A stretch of DNA of 64,000 nucleotides from Prasinococcaceae sp. CCMP 1430 (taxonomy: Eukaryota; Plantae; Prasinodermophyta), in contig RQSC01001252.1 in the NCBI GenBank assembly GCA_013416795.1, positions 1-64,000 of the forward strand, written 5' to 3'. The position numbers and the translations under genes are program-made. Position 1 is the first letter of the stretch. Each line of letters starts with the position of its first letter. The notes beneath the pieces were generated by a model that was not told the DNA's origin, searched no databases, and saw only the letters and a list, made by a program, of their open reading frames with translations. Positions 62,901 through 64,000 of this stretch are shown in pieces.

Positions 62901-64000
62901 CTGTCGCGTTCTGGTAGCATGCCTTCATTACCGTCGAGTACGCGAACAGGTCAGGCTTCCCGTCGGCCTTGCCGATGCTGCCCGCAGCCGCAGCCTCCTC
63001 CCGTGCTGCCTCCTGTAGCATGTCAAACACCTCGAGCGCGCGGTCGAGCGAGCCGCGGTCGGCGTGGTAGTGCATGAGCGCGGTGAACGTGACCTGATTG
63101 GGCTTCGCCCCGTACTGCTCCATCTCGCGAACGACCCTCTCAGCACGCTCGCCGCCTTCGGTCCCACCCTCGCGCCTTGCCGCGACGCATAGCGCGCTCA
63201 CCGCCGCCGAGTATATGAAAGTGTTGAGCTCGACCCCAGCGTCGCGCAGGTGTGCGAGCAGCGCGTCGATGCGCTCCGAGCTGCAGCGCAGCTTGAGCAT
63301 GCCGAAGAGCGTGGTGAGCTGCCTGGGCTGCAGCCGGCGCGCGTCCTCCTCGCCAAGCGCCTCGCTCAGTTCCGCACCCGCGGGTAGCTCCACGATGGCA
63401 TCGGTCAGCGCCGCAAGCGGGTCTGGCGCTCCCGATGCGCGCCCGCGCCGCTGCCTCGCGGCGCCCCCGCCGCTGCCTCCGCCCCCCCCCCTTCGCTTTG
63501 CCCGGGCGCGGCCAGCCCTGGCGGAGCGCGCCCCGCTGGCCGTCCACGTGACGTCCTTCGCGTACGGCTTGCCCATGCGGCTGCCCATCACGAACTCGAC
63601 GGCCTCGCCCTCCAAGAGCACAGCTCGCTGTTTGCCCCCCACGCCGCCCGGAGCGCCGCCCGCCCCATCAACGCCGCCGCTGCGCAGCTGCGAGCTGTGC
63701 ACGAAGACAGCCTGGGGGCTGCCCTCATCGTCGCTGCCGCCACGTGCCGCGGTTCCGCGCGCCTGAGCGTCGTCGGCATCGGCCATGGCCGGCTCGATGA
63801 GGCCGTAGCCCTTGGTGGTGTCATACCAAAGGCAGGTGCCGCTCAGCCGGACGCCATCGGCGCTGCTGCCGCTGCGTGGAGAGCGCGGGAGCGCTTCGGT
63901 CAGCGCCGGGCGATGCCGGAGAGCTTGCTCGCGCGGCGCGCGCTGCCACTCTCCAGCGTGTCTATCTCTCTTCGCTCGCTCGCGTACCTGCTGCTGGTGC
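59953..64000 (-). CDS. P-type pentatricopeptide repeat protein with an N-terminal cold-shock domain; intron 63872-63987; 5' end outside the window
   Basis: PPR motifs PNQVTFTALMHYHA..G..DRALEVFD.L, PDPYTYATLITAAG, TFSAAITALGRAGD.DGA and PDAVVYSGLMRAH..NGDGERA.ELFD. CSD: GTCLWYDTTKGYGLI...VFVHSSQL...LLEGEAVEF...KPYAKDV. Confidence 0.9.
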   Translation of the reverse strand, partial: HQQQVRERAKRDRHAGEWQRAPREQALRHRPALTEALPRSPRSGSSADGVRLSGTCLWYDTTKGYGLIEPAMADADDAQARGTAARGGSDDEGSPQAVFVHSSQLRSGGVDGAGGAPGGVGGKQRAVLLEGEAVEFVMGSRMGKPYAKDVTWTASGARSARAGRARAKRRGGGGGSGGGAARQRRGRASGAPDPLAALTDAIVELPAGAELSEALGEEDARRLQPRQLTTLFGMLKLRCSSERIDALLAHLRDAGVELNTFIYSAAVSALCVAARREGGTEGGERAERVVREMEQYGAKPNQVTFTALMHYHADRGSLDRALEVFDMLQEAAREEAAAAGSIGKADGKPDLFAYSTVMKACYQNATGRRSPGYGGELVARLAEQLEQSGQLRAADHSLLMLAIWGKGQAGDWEWGLNLVRERASAADAGGANAPRAPDLGLWNSAIAACSACEQPAAAAALASEVVSRQDRLDEDIDAQTLVNALGACRGGGAVAEAAAGEVLELMTQLEFSNSERCEVYEQAIQSLALPLKGKGHAPRASVHPNARAKEESQETLSRRDAAFALLERMRALDVPRRSETYSLVLAAQGGNPLGTWRVLRMMADDGIAFQSSTFKGAMAAISQLEDAALIDEMCDVAERLAEGGRDKDGVQSAQLFCAAMAAAGRSGDYERVELLRGAADKAFECDVPQMVLEAQMHALAVGCGAPERVIPVWDVADALGYAPDASVVSGIISSCRVNGKPDTLAQLVERIEKRERLAEASGVSLADSKDRAKSRSVWSLWSYAQAVGCFAEAGDSSSAVAALEALWERADNGDKACAISRHSLGECTTLLRALKVVGADKQAMLLLERMHSARVELDPRLYVASVEALASGSSKAARREACRLVSKCLNDFVPLSPYEFNQLVHASAHGGCVQQCSLLLERMRQEQLPLSIKCCNAAMAAMVHDLEAGVSLFDEMVEMGPAPDPYTYATLITAAGHAGEHDLVAELLNTATDQDVKSSTVTFSAAITALGRAGDIDGALAVLHELSPAAAAASEQGSSDADGSSSLAFAAEHAPRAAAAARAAISLGVSVAKGGWANPYNAAVTACGLCDAYEHVAAVRAQMAADGISETAETRQILVAVAAKCGHFDEALESMMRYSNEGELGGTADVRPYAHLAAAAGAAGDAASAERLLTHMRSAGIAPDAVVYSGLMRAHTVNGDGERASELFDEGIAAGVTPDVTMYHVLLRGVVRASEGSVSGTQHLRQVADVLADMRERGVAPDTKMLQLIDMAFDYDYSSPEGRAAKAELKKRLVSEESEGEVGADGQHDQGHVVDGTAQQQGDGMWADSAETEWYDPAEIDNFYSGAF

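Overview
This is a very GC-rich, gene-dense eukaryotic nuclear segment. It has five N-gaps (2446-3236, 8225-8279, 17050-17103, 23493-23774, 56174-56444) and four single-N positions (284, 34442, 41390, 50569) that may hide collapsed sequence. Introns are few and short with GTGCG/GTACG donors and YAG acceptors. Plant-type genes (SufE-NadA quinolinate synthase, DUF506, GONST, HVA22, PA200 ending YFV) together with a centriole-type gene (HYLS1-like) point to an early-diverging green alga of prasinophyte grade, possibly Prasinoderma-like; this is an inference. About 30 protein genes can be read, mostly housekeeping. No transposase, CRISPR array, rRNA or tRNA was seen. The best leads are unusual domain architectures (cold-shock domain + PPR array; CCDC130/YJU2B splicing factor apparently spliced onto a Nudix hydrolase; nucleoredoxin-PUB-MIU; stand-alone SRP54 M-domain-like and ABCC TMD0-like proteins), a candidate structured Pol III-type ncRNA at about 22.25-22.53 kb, a membrane-tethered bZIP with possible IRE1 splice sites, two divergent genes whose ATGs overlap in one CATG, a USP4/15-type gene lacking its His box, and a recurrent intergenic 12-mer. 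All family assignments come from reading motifs by eye; no database search was run.
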